From Lingula anatina (lineage: Eukaryota; Animalia; Brachiopoda), in contig CM120640.1 of the NCBI GenBank assembly GCA_051362555.1, positions 21,576,001 through 21,640,000 on the forward strand: a stretch of 64,000 bases of DNA, given 5' to 3'. The notes under the pieces are model-generated. The model made no database searches, was not told the DNA's origin, and saw only the letters and a list, made by a program, of their open reading frames with translations. The position numbers were made by a program, and so were the translations under genes. Numbering within the stretch: position 1 is the first letter of the stretch; the number at the start of each line of letters is the position of its first letter. This document shows positions 1-14,082 of this stretch, in pieces.

Positions 1-219
1 GAATAATAGGTGATTCCTTGGAATACTTCACAGGTTTTAACAATCACGGTTGCCTATACGCAATTGTAAGTGACAGGATGCTCAGAAAGTTTAGTTTCTT
101 CACAGTTCATCCCATAGATTACCTGTCAGATCACTGCTTGCTAGATCTTGCAATTAAATGTTTGGGTTATCAAGAGAAAGATAATGCTAAAATAGTGAAA
201 AACCTTAATGATAGGTCTG
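1..219 (+). mobile_element. Degenerate LINE (non-LTR retrotransposon) ORF2 fragment, C-terminal part of the APE-type endonuclease domain
   Basis: The frame from nt 3 reads IIGDSLEYFTGFNNHGC-LYAIVSDRMLRKFSFFTVHPIDYLSDHCLLDLAIK. This fits the recalled invertebrate LINE endonuclease pattern GD.LG.FT....G.S.(V)DY.IVS ... LSDHC, with the SxxD part apparently deleted. The frame is cut by the satellite at 220. Confidence 0.7.
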
Positions 220-3200
220 GTTAGTAAATTTCATTTTTTAGGGTGGTGGGATGGGTAAATTGAAAAAATCTAATCTGGTTTTTCATTTCTTTTTACAGGA
301 AAAAGAAGATGATGAGCGACCCCACCCGGACATGGACTTCACTGTTGGATTCAAGCAAAGGTTAGTAAATTTCATTTTTTTTTTTGGGTGGTGGGATGGG
401 TAAATTGAAAATAAATCTAATCTCATTTTTCATTTCTTTTTACAGGACAAAGAAGATGATGAGCGACCCCAGCCGGACATGGACTTCAATCTTGGATCCA
501 AGCTAAGGTGAGTAAATTTCATTTTTTTAGGGTGGTAGGATGGGTAAATTGAAACGAAATCTAATCTCGTTTTACATTTCTTTTTACAGGACCAAGTAGA
601 TGATGAGTGACCCCAGCTGGACATGGACTTCACTCTTGGATCCAAGCAAAGGTTAGTAAATTTCATTTTATGGTGTGGTGGGATGGGTAAATTGACAAAA
701 TCTAATCTTGTTTTTCATTTCTTTTTACAGGACAAAGAAGATGATGAGCGACCCCAGCCGGACATGGACTTCACTCTTGGAACCAAGCTAAGGTTAGTAA
801 ATTTCATTTTTTTTAGTGTGGTAGGATGGGTAAATTGAAGCAATCTAATCTGGTTTTTCATTTCTTTTTACAGGACCAAAAAGATGATGAGTGACCCCAG
901 CTGGACATGGACTTCACTCTTGGATCCAAGCAAAGGTTAGTAAATTTCATTTTTTTGGGGTGGTGGGATGGGTAAATTGACAAAATCTAATCTCGTTTTT
1001 CATTTCTTTTTACAGGACCAAGAAGATGATGAGTGACCCCAGCTGGACATGGACTTCACTCTTGGATCCAAGCAAAGGTTAGTAAATTTCATTTTTTTAG
1101 GGTGGTGGGATGGGTAAATTGAAAAAATCTTATCCGGTTTTTCATTTCTTTTTACAGGACAAAGTAGATGATGAGCGACCCCACCCAGACATGGACTTCA
1201 CTCTTGGATCCAAGCTAAGGTTAGTAAATTTCATTTTTTTGGGATAGTGGGAAGGGTAAATTGAAAAAATCTAATCTCGTTTTTCATTTCTTTTTACAGG
1301 ACAAAGAAGATGAGCGACCCCTACTAGACATGGACTTCACTCTTGGATCTAAGGTAAGAAGGTAAGAAAATTTCATTTTTTTGTGGTGGTGGAATGGGTA
1401 AATTGAAAAAATCTAATCTGGTTTTTCATTTGTTTTTACAGGACAAAGAAGATGATGAGCGACCCCACCCGGACATGGACTTCACTCTTGGATTCAAGCA
1501 AAGGTTAGTAAATTTCATTATTTTTTGGGTGGTGGGATGGGTAAATTGAAAATAAATCAAATCTCATTTTTTATTTCTTTTTACAGGACAAAGAAGATGA
1601 TGAGCGACCCCAGCCGGACATGGACTTCACTCTTGGATCTAAGCTAAGGTTAGTAAATTTCATTTTTTAGGGTGGTGGGATGGGTAAATTGAAAAGATCT
1701 AATCTCGTTTTTCATTTCTTTTTACAGGACAAAGAAGATGATGAGCGAACCCCACCCGGACATGGACTTCACTGTTGGATTCAAGCAAAGGTTAGTAAAT
1801 TTCAATTTTTTGGGGGGTGGAGGGATGGGTAAATTGAAAATATATCTAATCTCATTTTTCATTTCTTTTTACAGGACAAAGAAGATGATGAGCGACCCCA
1901 GCCGGACATGGACTTCAATCTTGGATCCAAGCTAAGGTTAGTAAATTTCATTTTTTTAGGGTGGTGGGATGGGTAAATTGAAAAAATCTAATCTAATTTT
2001 TAATTTCTTTTTACAGGACAAAGAAGATGAACGACCCCACCCAGACATGGACTTCACACTTCCATCCAAGCAAAGGTTAGTAAATTTCATTTTTTTGGGG
2101 TGGTGGGATGGGTAAATTGAAAAGATCTAATCTCGTTTTTCATTTCTTTTTACAGGACAAAGAAGATGATGAGCGACCCCACCCGGACATGGACTTCACT
2201 GTTGGATTCAAGCAAAGGTTAGTAAATTTCATTTTTTAGAGTGGTGGGATGGGTAAATTGAAAAAATCTAATCGCGTTTTTAATTTTTTTTACAGTACAA
2301 AGAAGATGAGCGACCCCACCCAGACATGGACTTCACTCTTGGATCCAAGCAAAGGTTAGTAAATTTCATTTTTTTGGGGTGGTGGGATGGGTAAATTGAA
2401 AAGATCTAATTTCATTTTCCATTTCTTTTTACAGGACCAAGAAGATGATGAGCAACCCCAGCCGGACATGGACTTCACTTTTGGATCCAAGCTAAGGTTA
2501 GTAAATTTCATGTTTTTCAGGGTGGTGGGATGGGTAAATTGACAAAATCTAATCTTGTTTTTCATTTCTTTTTACAGGACAAAGAAGATGATGAGCGACC
2601 CCAGCCTGACATGGACTTCACTCTTGGATCCAAGCTAAGGTTAGTAAATTTCATTTTTTTAGGGTGGTGGGATGGGTAAATTGAAAAAATCTAATCTAAT
2701 TTTTTATTTCTTTTTACAGGACAAAGAAGATGAACGACCCCACCCAGACATGGCCTTCACACTTCCATCCAAGCTAAGGTTAGTAAATTTCATTTTTTAG
2801 AGTGGTGGGATGGGTAAATTGAAAAAATCTAATCGCGTTTTTAATTTTTTTTTTTACAGGACAAAGAAGATGAGCGACCCCACCCAGACATGGACTTCAC
2901 TCTTGGATCCAAGCAAAGGTTAGTAAATTTCATTTTTTTAGTGTGGTAGGATGGGTAAATTGAAACAATCTAATCTGGTTTTTCATTTCTTTTTACAGGA
3001 CAAAGAAGATGAGCGACCCCACCTAGACATGGACTTCACTCTTGGATCCAAGCAAAGGTTAGTAAATTTCATTTTTTGGGGGTGCTGAGATGGGTAAATT
3101 GAAAAAATCTTATTTCATTTTTTATTTCTTTTTACAGGTCCAAGAAGATAATGAGCAATCCCAGTCGGACATGGACTTCACTCTTGGATACAAGCAAAGG

Positions 3201-6200
3201 TTAGTAAATTTCACATTTTTTAGGGTGGTGGGATGGATAAATTGTTAAAATCTAATCTGGTTTTTCATTTCTGTTTACAAGACAAAGAAGATGATGAGCG
3301 ACCCCACCCAGACATGGACTTTACTCTTGGATCCAAGCAAAAGTAAGTAAATTTCATTTTATGGGGTGGTGGGATGGGTAAATTGACAAAATTTAATCTC
3401 ATTTTTCATTTCTTTTTACAGGACAAAGAAGATGATGAGCGACCCCACTCGGACATGGACTTCACTTTTGGATCCAAGCTAAGGTTAGTAAATTTCATTT
3501 TTTTAGTGTGGTAGGATGGGTAAATTGAAAAGATCTAATTTCATTTTCCATTTCTTTTTACAGGACCAAGAAGATGATGAGCGACCCCAGCCGGACATGG
3601 ACTTCAATCTTGGATCCAAGCAAAGGTAAGTGAATTTCATTCTTTTAGGGTTGTGGGTTGGGTAAATAGGAAAAATCTAATGTCGTTTTTAATTTCTTTT
3701 TACAGGACAAAGAAGTTGATGAGCGACCCTAGCCTGACATGGACTTCACTCTTGGATCCAAGCTAAGGTTAGTAAATTTCATTTTTTTAGAGTGGTGGGT
3801 TGGGTAAATAGGAAAAATCTAATGTCGTTTTTAATTTCTTTTTACAGGACAAAGAAGATGATGAGCGACCCCACCCAGACATGGACTTCACTCTTGGATC
3901 CAATTTAAGGTTAGTAAATTTAATTTTTTGGGTTGGTGGGATAAGTAAATTGTAAAAATCTAATCTCGTTTTTTATTTCTTTTTACAGGACCAAGAAGAT
4001 GATGAGCGACCCCAGCCGGACATGGACTTCACTCTTGGATCCAAGCAAAGGTTAGTAAATTTCATTTTATGGGGTGGTGGGATGGGTAAAATGACAAAAT
4101 CTAATCTCATTTTTCATTTCTTTTTACAGGACAAAGAAGATGATGAGCGACTCCAGCCGGACATGGACTTCACTCTTGGATCCAAGCAAAGGTTAGTAAA
4201 TTTCATGTTTTTCAGGGTGGTGGGATGGGTAAATTGAAAAAATCTAATCTGGTTTTTCATTTGTTTTTACAGGACAAAGAAGATGATGAGCGAACCCCAC
4301 CCGGACATGGACTTCACTGTTGGATTCAAGCAAAGGTTAGTAAATTTCATTTTTTTGGGGGGTGGTGGGATGGGTAAATTGAAAATATATCTAATCTCAT
4401 TTTTCATTTCTTTTTACAGGACAAAGAAGATGATGAGCGACCCCAGCCGGACATGGGCTTCAATCTTGGATCCAAGCTAAGGTTAGTAAATTTCATTTTT
4501 TTAGGGTGGTAGGATGGGTAAATTGAAACGAAATCTAATCTCGTTTTTCATTTCTTTTTACAGGACAAAGAAGATGATGAGCGACCCCAGCCTGACATGG
4601 ACTTCACTCTTGGATCAAAGCTAAGGTTAGTAAATTTCATTTTTTTAGGGTGGTGGGATGGGTAAATTGAAAAAATCTAATCTAATTTTTAATTTCTTTT
4701 TACAGGACAAAGAAGATGAACGACCCCACCCAGACATGGACTTCACTGTTGGATTCAAGCAAAGGTTAGTAAATTTCATTTTTTTTTGGGTGGTGGGATG
4801 GGTAAATTGAAAATAAATCTAATCTCGTTTTTCATTTCTTTTTACAGGACAAAGAAGATGATGAGTGACCCCACCCTGACATGGACTTCACTCTTGGATC
4901 TAAGCTAAGGTTAGTAAATTTCATTTTTTAGAGTGGTGGGATGGGTAAATTGAAAAAATCTGATCGCGTTTTTAATTTTTTTTACAGGACAAAGAAGATG
5001 AGCGACCCCACCCGGACATGGACTTCACTGTTGGATTCAAGCAAAGGTTAGTAAATTTCATTTTTTTTTGGGTGGTGGGATGGGTAAATTGAAAATAAAT
5101 CTAATCTCGTTTTTCATTTCTTTTTACAGGACAAAGAAGATGATGAGTGACCCCACCCTGACATGGACTTCACTCTTGGATCTAAGCTAAGGTTAGTAAA
5201 TTTCATTTTTTAGAGTGGTGGGATGGGTAAATTGAAAAAATCTGATCGCGTTTTTAATTTTTTTTACAGGACAAAGAAGATGAGCGACCCCACGCAGACA
5301 TGGACTTCACTCTTGGATCCAAGCAAAGGTTAGTAAATTTCATTTTTTTGGGGTGGTGGGATGGGTAAATTGAAAAGATCTAATTTCATTTTCCATTTCT
5401 TTTTACAGGACCAAGAAGATGATGAGCAACCCCAGCCGGACATGGACTTCACTTTTGGATCCAAGCTAAGGTTAGTAAATTTCATGTTTTTCAGGGTGGT
5501 GGGATGGGTAAATTGACAAAATTTAATCTTGTTTTTCATTTCTTTTTACAGGACAAAGAAGATGATGAGTGACCCCACCCGGACATGGACTTCACTGTTG
5601 GATTCAAGCAAAGGTTAGTAAATTTCATTTTTTTTTGGGTGGTGGGATGGGTAAATTGAAAATAAATCTAATCTCATTTTTCATTTCTTTTTACAGGACA
5701 AAGAAGATGATGAGCGACCCCAGCCGGACATGGAGTTCAATCTTGGATCCAAGCAAAGGTTAGTAAATTTCATTTTTTTGGGGTGGTGGGATGGGTAAAT
5801 TGAAAAGATCTTATTTCATTTTTCATGTCTTTTTACAGGACCAAGAAGATGATGAGCGACCCCAGCCAGACATGGACTTCACTCTTGGATCCAAGCAAAG
5901 GTAAGTGAATTTCATTTTTTTAGGGTTGTGGGTTGGGTAAATAGGAAAAATCTAATGTCGTTTTTAATTTCTTTTTACAGGACAAAGAAGATGATGAGCG
6001 ACCCCACCCAGACATAGACTTCACTTTTGGATTCAAGCAAAGGTTAGTAAATTTCATTTTTTTTTTTTTTGGGTGGTGGGATGGGTAAATTGAAAATAAA
6101 TCTAATCTCATTTTTCATTTCTTTTTACAGGACAAAGAAGATGATGAGCGACCCCAGCCGGACATGGACTTCAATCTTGGATCCAAGCTAAGGTTAGTAA

Positions 6201-9200
6201 ATTTCATTTTTTTAGGGTGGTAGGATGGGTAAATTGAAACGAAATCTAATCTCGTTTTTCATTTCTTTTTACAGGACCAAGAAGATGATGAATGACCCCA
6301 GCTGGACATGGTCTTCATTCTTGGATCCAAGCAAAGGTTAGTAAATTTCATTTTATGGAGTGGTGGGATGGGTAAATTGACAAAATCTAATCTTGTTTTT
6401 CATTTCTTTTTACAGGACAAAGAAGATGATGAGCGACCCCAGCCGGACATGGACTTCACTCTTGGAACCAAGCTAAGGTTAGTAAATTTCATTTTTTTTA
6501 GTGTGGTAGGATGGGTAAATTGAAACAATTTAATCTGGTTTTTCATTTCTTTTTACAGGACCAAAAAGATGATGAGTGACCCCAGCTGGACATGGACTTC
6601 ACTCTTGGATCCAAGCAAAGGTTAGTAAATTTCATTTTTTTGGGGTGGTGGGATGGGTAAATTGACAAAATCTAATCTTGTTTTTCATTTCTTTTTACAG
6701 GACCAAGAAGATGATGAGTGACCCCAGCTGGACATGGACTTCACTCTTGGATCCAAGCAAAGGTTAGTAAATTTCATTTTTTGGGTTGGTGGGATGAGTA
6801 AATTGTAAAAATCTAATCTCGTTTTTCATTTCTTTTTACAGGACAAAGAAGATGATGAGCGACCCCAGCTAGACATGGACTTCACTCTTGGATCCAATCT
6901 AAGGTAAGTAAATTTTATTTTTTGGGTTGGTGGGATGGGTAAATTGAAAATAAATCTAATCTCATTTTTCATTTCTTTTTACAGGACAAAGAAGATGAGC
7001 GACCCCAGCCGGACATGGAGTTCAATCTTGGATCCAAGCAAAGGTTAGTAAATTTCATTTTTTTGGGGTGGTGGGATGGGTAAATTGAAAAGATCTAATT
7101 TCATTTTTCATTTCTTTTTACAGGACCAAGAAGATGATGAGCGATCCCAGCCAGACATGGACTTCACTCTTGGATCCAAGCAAAGGTTAGTAAATTTCAT
7201 TTTTTTAGAGAGGTGGGTTGGGTAAATAGGAAAAATCTAATGTCGTTTTTAATTTCTTTTTATAGGACAAAGAAGATGATGAGCGACCCCACCCAGACAT
7301 GGACTTCACTCTTGGATCCAATTTTAAGGTTAGTAAATTTCATTTTTTGGGTTGGTGGGATAAGTAAATTGTAAAAATCTAATCTTGTTTTTCATTTCTT
7401 TTTACAGGACAAAGAAGATGATGAGCGACCCCAGCTAGACATGGACTTCACTCTTGGATCCAATCTAAGGTAAGTAAATTTTATTTTTTGGGTTGGTGGG
7501 ATAAGTAAATTGTAAAAATCTAATCTCCTTTTTCTTTCTTTTTACAGGACAAAAAAGATGATGAGCGACCCCACCCGGACATGGACTTCACTCTTGGATT
7601 CAAGCAAAGGTTAGTAAATTTCATTTTTTAGGGTGGTGGGATGGGTAAATTGAAAAAATCTTATCTGGTTTTTCATTTCTTTTTACAGGACAAAGTAGAT
7701 GATGAGCGACCCCACCCAGACATAGACTTCACTCTTGGATCCAAGCTAAGGTTAGTAAATTTCATTTTTTTAGGATAGTGGGAAGGGTAAATTGAAAAAA
7801 ATCTAATCTCGTTTTTCATTTCTTTTTACAGGACAAAGAAGATAAGCGACCCCACCTATATATGGACTTCACTCTTGGATCCAAGCTAAGGTTAGTAAAT
7901 TTCATTTTTTTAGTGTGGTAGGATGGGTAAATTGAAACAATCTAATCTGGTTTTTCATTTTTTTTTACAGGACAAAGAAGATAAGCGACCCCACCTAGAC
8001 ATGGACTTCACTCTTGGATCCAAGCAAAGGTTAGTAAATTTCAATTTTTTGGGGGTGCTGAGATGGGTAAATTGAAAAAATCTTATTTCATTTTTTATTT
8101 CTTTTTACAGGACCAAGAAGATAATGAGCAATCCCAGTCGGACATGGACTTCACTCTTGGATACAAGCAAAGGTTAGTAAATTTCACATTTTTTAGGGTG
8201 GTGGGATGGGTAAATTGTTAAAATCTAATCTGGTTTTTCATTTCTGTTTACAGGACAAAGAAGATGATGAGCGACCCCACCCAGACATGGACTTTACTCT
8301 TGGATCCAAGCAAAAGTAAGTAAATTTCATTTTATGGGGTGGTGTGATGGGTAAATTGACAAAATTTAATCTCATTTTTCATTTCTTTTTACAGGACAAA
8401 GAAGATGATGAGCGACCCCACTCGGACATGGACTTCACTTTTGGATCCAAGCTAAGGTTAGTAAATTTCATTTTTTTAGTGTGGTAGGATGGGTAAATTG
8501 AAACAATCTAATCTGGTTTTTCATTTCTTTTTACAGGACCAAGAAGATGATGAGCGACTCCAGCCGGACATGGACTTCACTCTTGGATCCAAGCAAAGGT
8601 AAGTGAATTTCATTCTTTTAGGGTTGTGGGTTGGGTAAATAGGAAAAATCTAATGTCGTTTTTAATTTCTTTTTACAGGACAAAGAAGTTGATGAGCGAC
8701 CCTAGCCTGACATGGACTTCACTCTTGGATCCAAGCTAAGGTTAGTAAATTTCATTTTTTTAGAGTGGTGGGTTGGGTAAATAGGAAAAATCTAATGTCG
8801 TTTTTAATTTCTTTTTACAGGACAAAGAAGATGATGAGCGACCCCACCCAGACATGGACTTCATTCTTGGATCCAATTTAAGGTTAGTAAATTTAATTTT
8901 ATGGGGTGGTGGGATGGGTAAAATGACAAAATCTAATCTCATTTTTCATTTCTTTTTACAGGACAAAGAAGATGATGAGCGACTCCAGCCGGACATGGAC
9001 TTCACTCTTGGATCCAAGCTAAGGTTAGTAAATTTCATGTTTTTCAGGGTGGTGGGATGGGTAAATTGAACAAATCTAATCTGGTTTTTCATTTCTTTTT
9101 ACAGGACAAAGAAGATGATGAGCGACCCTACCCGGACATGGACTTCACTGTTCGATTCAAGCAAAGGTTAGTAAATTTCATTTTTTTGGGTGGTGGGATG

Positions 9201-9814
9201 GGTAAATTGAAACAATCTAATCTGGTTTTTCATTTCTTTTTACACGACCAAGAAGATGATGAGTGACCCCAGCCGGACATGGACTTTACTCTTGGATCCA
9301 ATCTAAGGTTAGTAAATTTCATTTTTTGGGTTGGTGGGATAAGTAAATTGTAAAAATCTAATCACGTTTTTCATTTCTTTTTACAAGACAAAGAAGATGA
9401 TGAGCTACCCCAGCCGGACATGGACTTCACTCTTGGATCCAAGCAAAGGTTAGTAAATTTCATTTTATGGGGTGGTGGGATGGGTAAATTGACAAAATCT
9501 AATCTAATTTTTCATTTCTTTTTACAGGACCAAGAAGATGATGAGTGACCCCTCCCAGACATGGACTTCACTCTTGGATCCAAGCTAAGGTTAGTATATT
9601 TCATTTTTTTGAAATAGTGGGAAGGGTAAATTGAAAAAATCTAATCTCGTTTTTCATTTCTTTTTAGAGGACAAAGAAGAAGAGCGACCCCATCCAGACA
9701 TGGACTTCACTCTTGGATCCAATCTAAGGTTAGTAAATTTCATTTTTTGGGTTGGTGGGATAAGTAAATTGTAAAAATCCAATCTCATTTTTCATTTCTT
9801 TTTACAGGACCAAG

Positions 9815-12800
9815 AAGATGATGAGCGACCCCAGCCGGACATGGACTTCACTCTTGGATCCAAGCAAAGGTAAGTGAATTTCATTCTTTTAGGGTTGTGG
9901 GTTGGGTAAATAGGAAAAATCTAATGTCGTTTTTAATTTCTTTTTACAGGACAAAGAAGATGATGAGCGACCCTAGCCTGACATGGACTTCACTCTTGGA
10001 TCCAAGCTAAGGTTAGTAAATTTCATTTTTTTAGAGTGGTGGGTTGGGTAAATAGGAAAAATCTAATGTCGTTTTTAATTTCTTTTTACAGGACAAAGAA
10101 GATGAACGACCCCACCCAGACATGGACTTCACACTTCCATCCAAGCAAAGGTTAGTAAATTTCATTTTTTTTAGGGTGGTGGGTTGGGTAAATTGAAACA
10201 ATCTAATCTGGTTTTACATTTCTTTTTACAGGACCAAGAAGATGATGAGCGACCCCAGCCGGACATGGACTTCACTCTTGGATCCAAGCAAAGGTAAGTA
10301 AATTTCATTTTTTTAGAGTGGTGGGTTGGATATATAGGAAAAATCTAATGTCGTTTTTAATTTCTTTTTACAGGACAAAGAAGATGATGAGCGACCCCAC
10401 CCAGACATGGACTTCACTCTTGGATCCAAGCAAAGGTTAGTAAATTTCATTTCATGGGGTGGTGGGATGGGTAAATTGACAAAATCTAATCTTATTTTTC
10501 ATTTCTTTTTACAGGACAAAGAAGATGATGAGCGACTCCAGCCCGACATGGACTTCACTCTTGGATCCAAGCAAAGGTTAGTAAATTTCATTTTTTCAGG
10601 GTGGTGGGATGGGAAAATTGAAAAAATCTAATCTGGTTTTTCATTTCTCTTTACAGGACCAAGAAGATGATGAGCAACCTCAGCCGGACATGGACTTCAC
10701 TCTTGGATCCAATCTAAGGTTAGTAAATTTCATTTTTTGGGTTGGTGGGAAAAGTAAATTGTAAAAATCTAATCACGTTTTTCTTTCTTTTTACAGGACA
10801 AAAAAGATGATGAGGGACCCCAGCCGGACATGGACTTCACTCTTGGATCCAATCTAAGGTTAGTAAATTTCATTTTTTGGGTTGGTGGGATAAGTACATT
10901 ATAAAAATCTAATCTCGTTTTTCATTTCTTTTTACAGGACAAAGAAGATGATGAGCGACCCCAGTCGAACATGGACTTCACACTTCCATCCAAGCAAAGG
11001 TTAGTAAATTTCATTTTTTTAGGGTGGTGGGTTGGGTAAATTGAAACAATCTAATCTGGTTTTACATTTCTTTTTACAGGACCAAGAAGATGATAAGCGA
11101 CCCCAGCCGGACATGGACTTCACTCTTGGATCCAAGCAAAGGTAAGTAAATTTCATTTTTTTAGAGTGGTGGGTTGGGTATATAGGAAAAATCTAATGTC
11201 GTTTTTAATTTCTTTTTACAGGACAAAGAAGATGATGAGCGACCCCAGCCGGACATGGACTTCACTCTTGGATCCAAGCAAAGGTAAGTGAATTTCATTC
11301 TTTTAGGGTTGTGGGTTGGGTAAATAGGAAAAATCTAATGTCGTTTTTAATTTCTTTTTACAGGACAAAGAAGATGATGAGCGACCCTAGCCTGACATGG
11401 ACTTCACTCTTGGATCCAAGCTAAGGTTAGTAAATTTCATTTTTTTAGAGTGGTGGGTTGGGTAAATAGGAAAAATCTAATGTCGTTTTTAATTTCTTTT
11501 TACAGGACAAAGAAGATGAACGACCCCACCCAGACATGGACTTCACACTTCCATCCAAGCAAAGGTTAGTAAATTTCATTTTTTTTAGGGTGGTGGGTTG
11601 GGTAAATTGAAACAATCTAATCTGGTTTTACATTTCTTTTTACAGGACCAAGAAGATGATGAGCGACCCCAGCCGGACATGGACTTCACTCTTGGATCCA
11701 AGCAAAGGTAAGTAAATTTCATTTTTTTAGAGTGGTGGGTTGGATATATAGGAAAAATCTAATGTCGTTTTTAATTTCTTTTTACAGGACAAAGAAGATG
11801 ATGAGCGACCCCACCCAGACATGGACTTCACTCTTGGATCCAAGCAAAGGTTAGTAAATTTCATTTCATGGGGTGGTGGGATGGGTAAATTGACAAAATC
11901 TAATCTTATTTTTCATTTCTTTTTACAGGACAAAGAAGATGATGAGCGACTCCAGCCCGACATGGACTTCACTCTTGGATCCAAGCAAAGGTTAGTAAAT
12001 TTCATTTTTTCAGGGTGGTGGGATGGGAAAATTGAAAAAATCTAATTTGGTTTTTCATTTCTCTTTACAGGACCAAGAAGATGATGAGCAACCCCAGCCG
12101 GACATGGACTTCACTCTTGGATCCAATCTAAGGTTAGTAAATTTCATTTTTTGGGTTGGTGGGAAAAGTAAATTGTAAAAATCTAATCACGTTTTTCTTT
12201 CTTTTTACAGGACAAAAAAGATGATGAGGGACCCCAGCCGGACATGGACTTCACTCTTGGATCCAATCTAAGGTTAGTAAATTTCATTTTTTGGGTTGGT
12301 GGGATAAGTACATTATAAAAATCTAATCTCGTTTTTCATTTCTTTTTACAGGACAAAGAAGATGATGAGCGACCCCAGTCGAACATGGACTTCACACTTC
12401 CATCCAAGCAAAGGTTAGTAAATTTCATTTTTTTAGGGTGGTGGGTTGGGTAAATTGAAACAATCTAATCTGGTTTTACATTTCTTTTTACAGGACCAAG
12501 AAGATGATAAGCGACCCCAGCCGGACATGGACTTCACTCTTGGATCCAAGCAAAGGTAAGTAAATTTCATTTTTTTAGAGTGGTGGGTTGGGTATATAGG
12601 AAAAATCTAATGTCGTTTTTAATTTCTTTTTACAGGACAAAGAAGATGATGAGCGACCCCAGCCGGACATGGACTTCACTCTTGGATCCAAGCAAAGGTA
12701 AGTGAATTTCATTCTTTTAGGGTTGTGGGTTGGGTAAATAGGAAAAATCTAATGTCGTTTTTAATTTCTTTTTACAGGACAAAGAAGATGATGAGCGACC

Positions 12801-14070
12801 CTAGCCTGACATGGACTTCACTCTTGGATCCAAGCTAAGGTTAGTAAATTTCATTTTTTTAGAGTGGTGGGTTGGGTAAATAGGAAAAATCTAATGTCGT
12901 TTTTAATTTCTTTTTACAGGACAAAGAAGATGAACGACCCCACCCAGACATGGACTTCACACTTCCATCCAAGCAAAGGTTAGTAAATTTCATTTTTTTT
13001 AGGGTGGTGGGTTGGGTAAATTGAAACAATCTAATCTGGTTTTACATTTCTTTTTACAGGACCAAGAAGATGATGAGCGACCCCAGCCGGACATGGACTT
13101 CACTCTTGGATCCAAGCAAAGGTAAGTAAATTTCATTTTTTTAGAGTGGTGGGTTGGATATATAGGAAAAATCTAATGTCGTTTTTAATTTCTTTTTACA
13201 GGACAAAGAAGATGATGAGCGACCCCACCCAGACATGGACTTCACTCTTGGATCCAAGCAAAGGTTAGTAAATTTCATTTCATGGGGTGGTGGGATGGGT
13301 AAATTGACAAAATCTAATCTTATTTTTCATTTCTTTTTACAGGACAAAGAAGATGATGAGCGACTCCAGCCCGACATGGACTTCACTCTTGGATCCAAGC
13401 AAAGGTTAGTAAATTTCATTTTTTCAGGGTGGTGGGATGGGAAAATTGAAAAAATCTAATCTGGTTTTTCATTTCTCTTTACAGGACCAAGAAGATGATG
13501 AGCAACCCCAGCCGGACATGGACTTCACTCTTGGATCCAATCTAAGGTTAGTAAATTTCATTTTTTGGGTTGGTGGGAAAAGTAAATTGTAAAAATCTAA
13601 TCACGTTTTTCTTTCTTTTTACAGGACAAAAAAGATGATGAGGGACCCCAGCCGGACATGGACTTCACTCTTGGATCCAATCTAAGGTTAGTAAATTTCA
13701 TTTTTTGGGTTGGTGGGATAAGTACATTATAAAAATCTAATCTCGTTTTTCATTTCTTTTTACAGGACAAAGAAGATGATGAGCGACCCCAGTCGAACAT
13801 GGACTTCACACTTCCATCCAAGCAAAGGTTAGTAAATTTCATTTTTTTAGGGTGGTGGGTTGGGTAAATTGAAACAATCTAATCTGGTTTTACATTTCTT
13901 TTTACAGGACCAAGAAGATGATAAGCGACCCCAGCCGGACATGGACTTCACTCTTGGATCCAAGCAAAGGTAAGTAAATTTCATTTTTTTAGAGTGGTGG
14001 GTTGGGTATATAGGAAAAATCTAATGTCGTTTTTAATTTCTTTTTACAGGACAAAGAAGATGATGAGCGA
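9815..14070 (+). repeat. Higher-order repeat, 10 monomers (1414 bp) x3
   Basis: Identical ORFs at 10407, 11821 and 13235, and identical variant monomers at 9841, 11255 and 12669, give a period of exactly 1414 bp. Boundaries are approximate. Confidence 0.9.
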
Positions 14071-14082
14071 CCCCACCCAGAC

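Noticed and set aside
241-253. Internal 13-nt microexon TTTTAG|GGTGGTGGGATGG|GTAAAT that would restore frame (62+13=75)
   Set aside because: The upstream intron would be only ~22 nt, and the AG is absent in many monomers.
299-360. C/D snoRNA cluster (ATGATGA resembles box C) or mirtron array
   Set aside because: No consistent CTGA box D or terminal stem, the motif lies in the exon part, and the intron ends pair over only ~5 bp.
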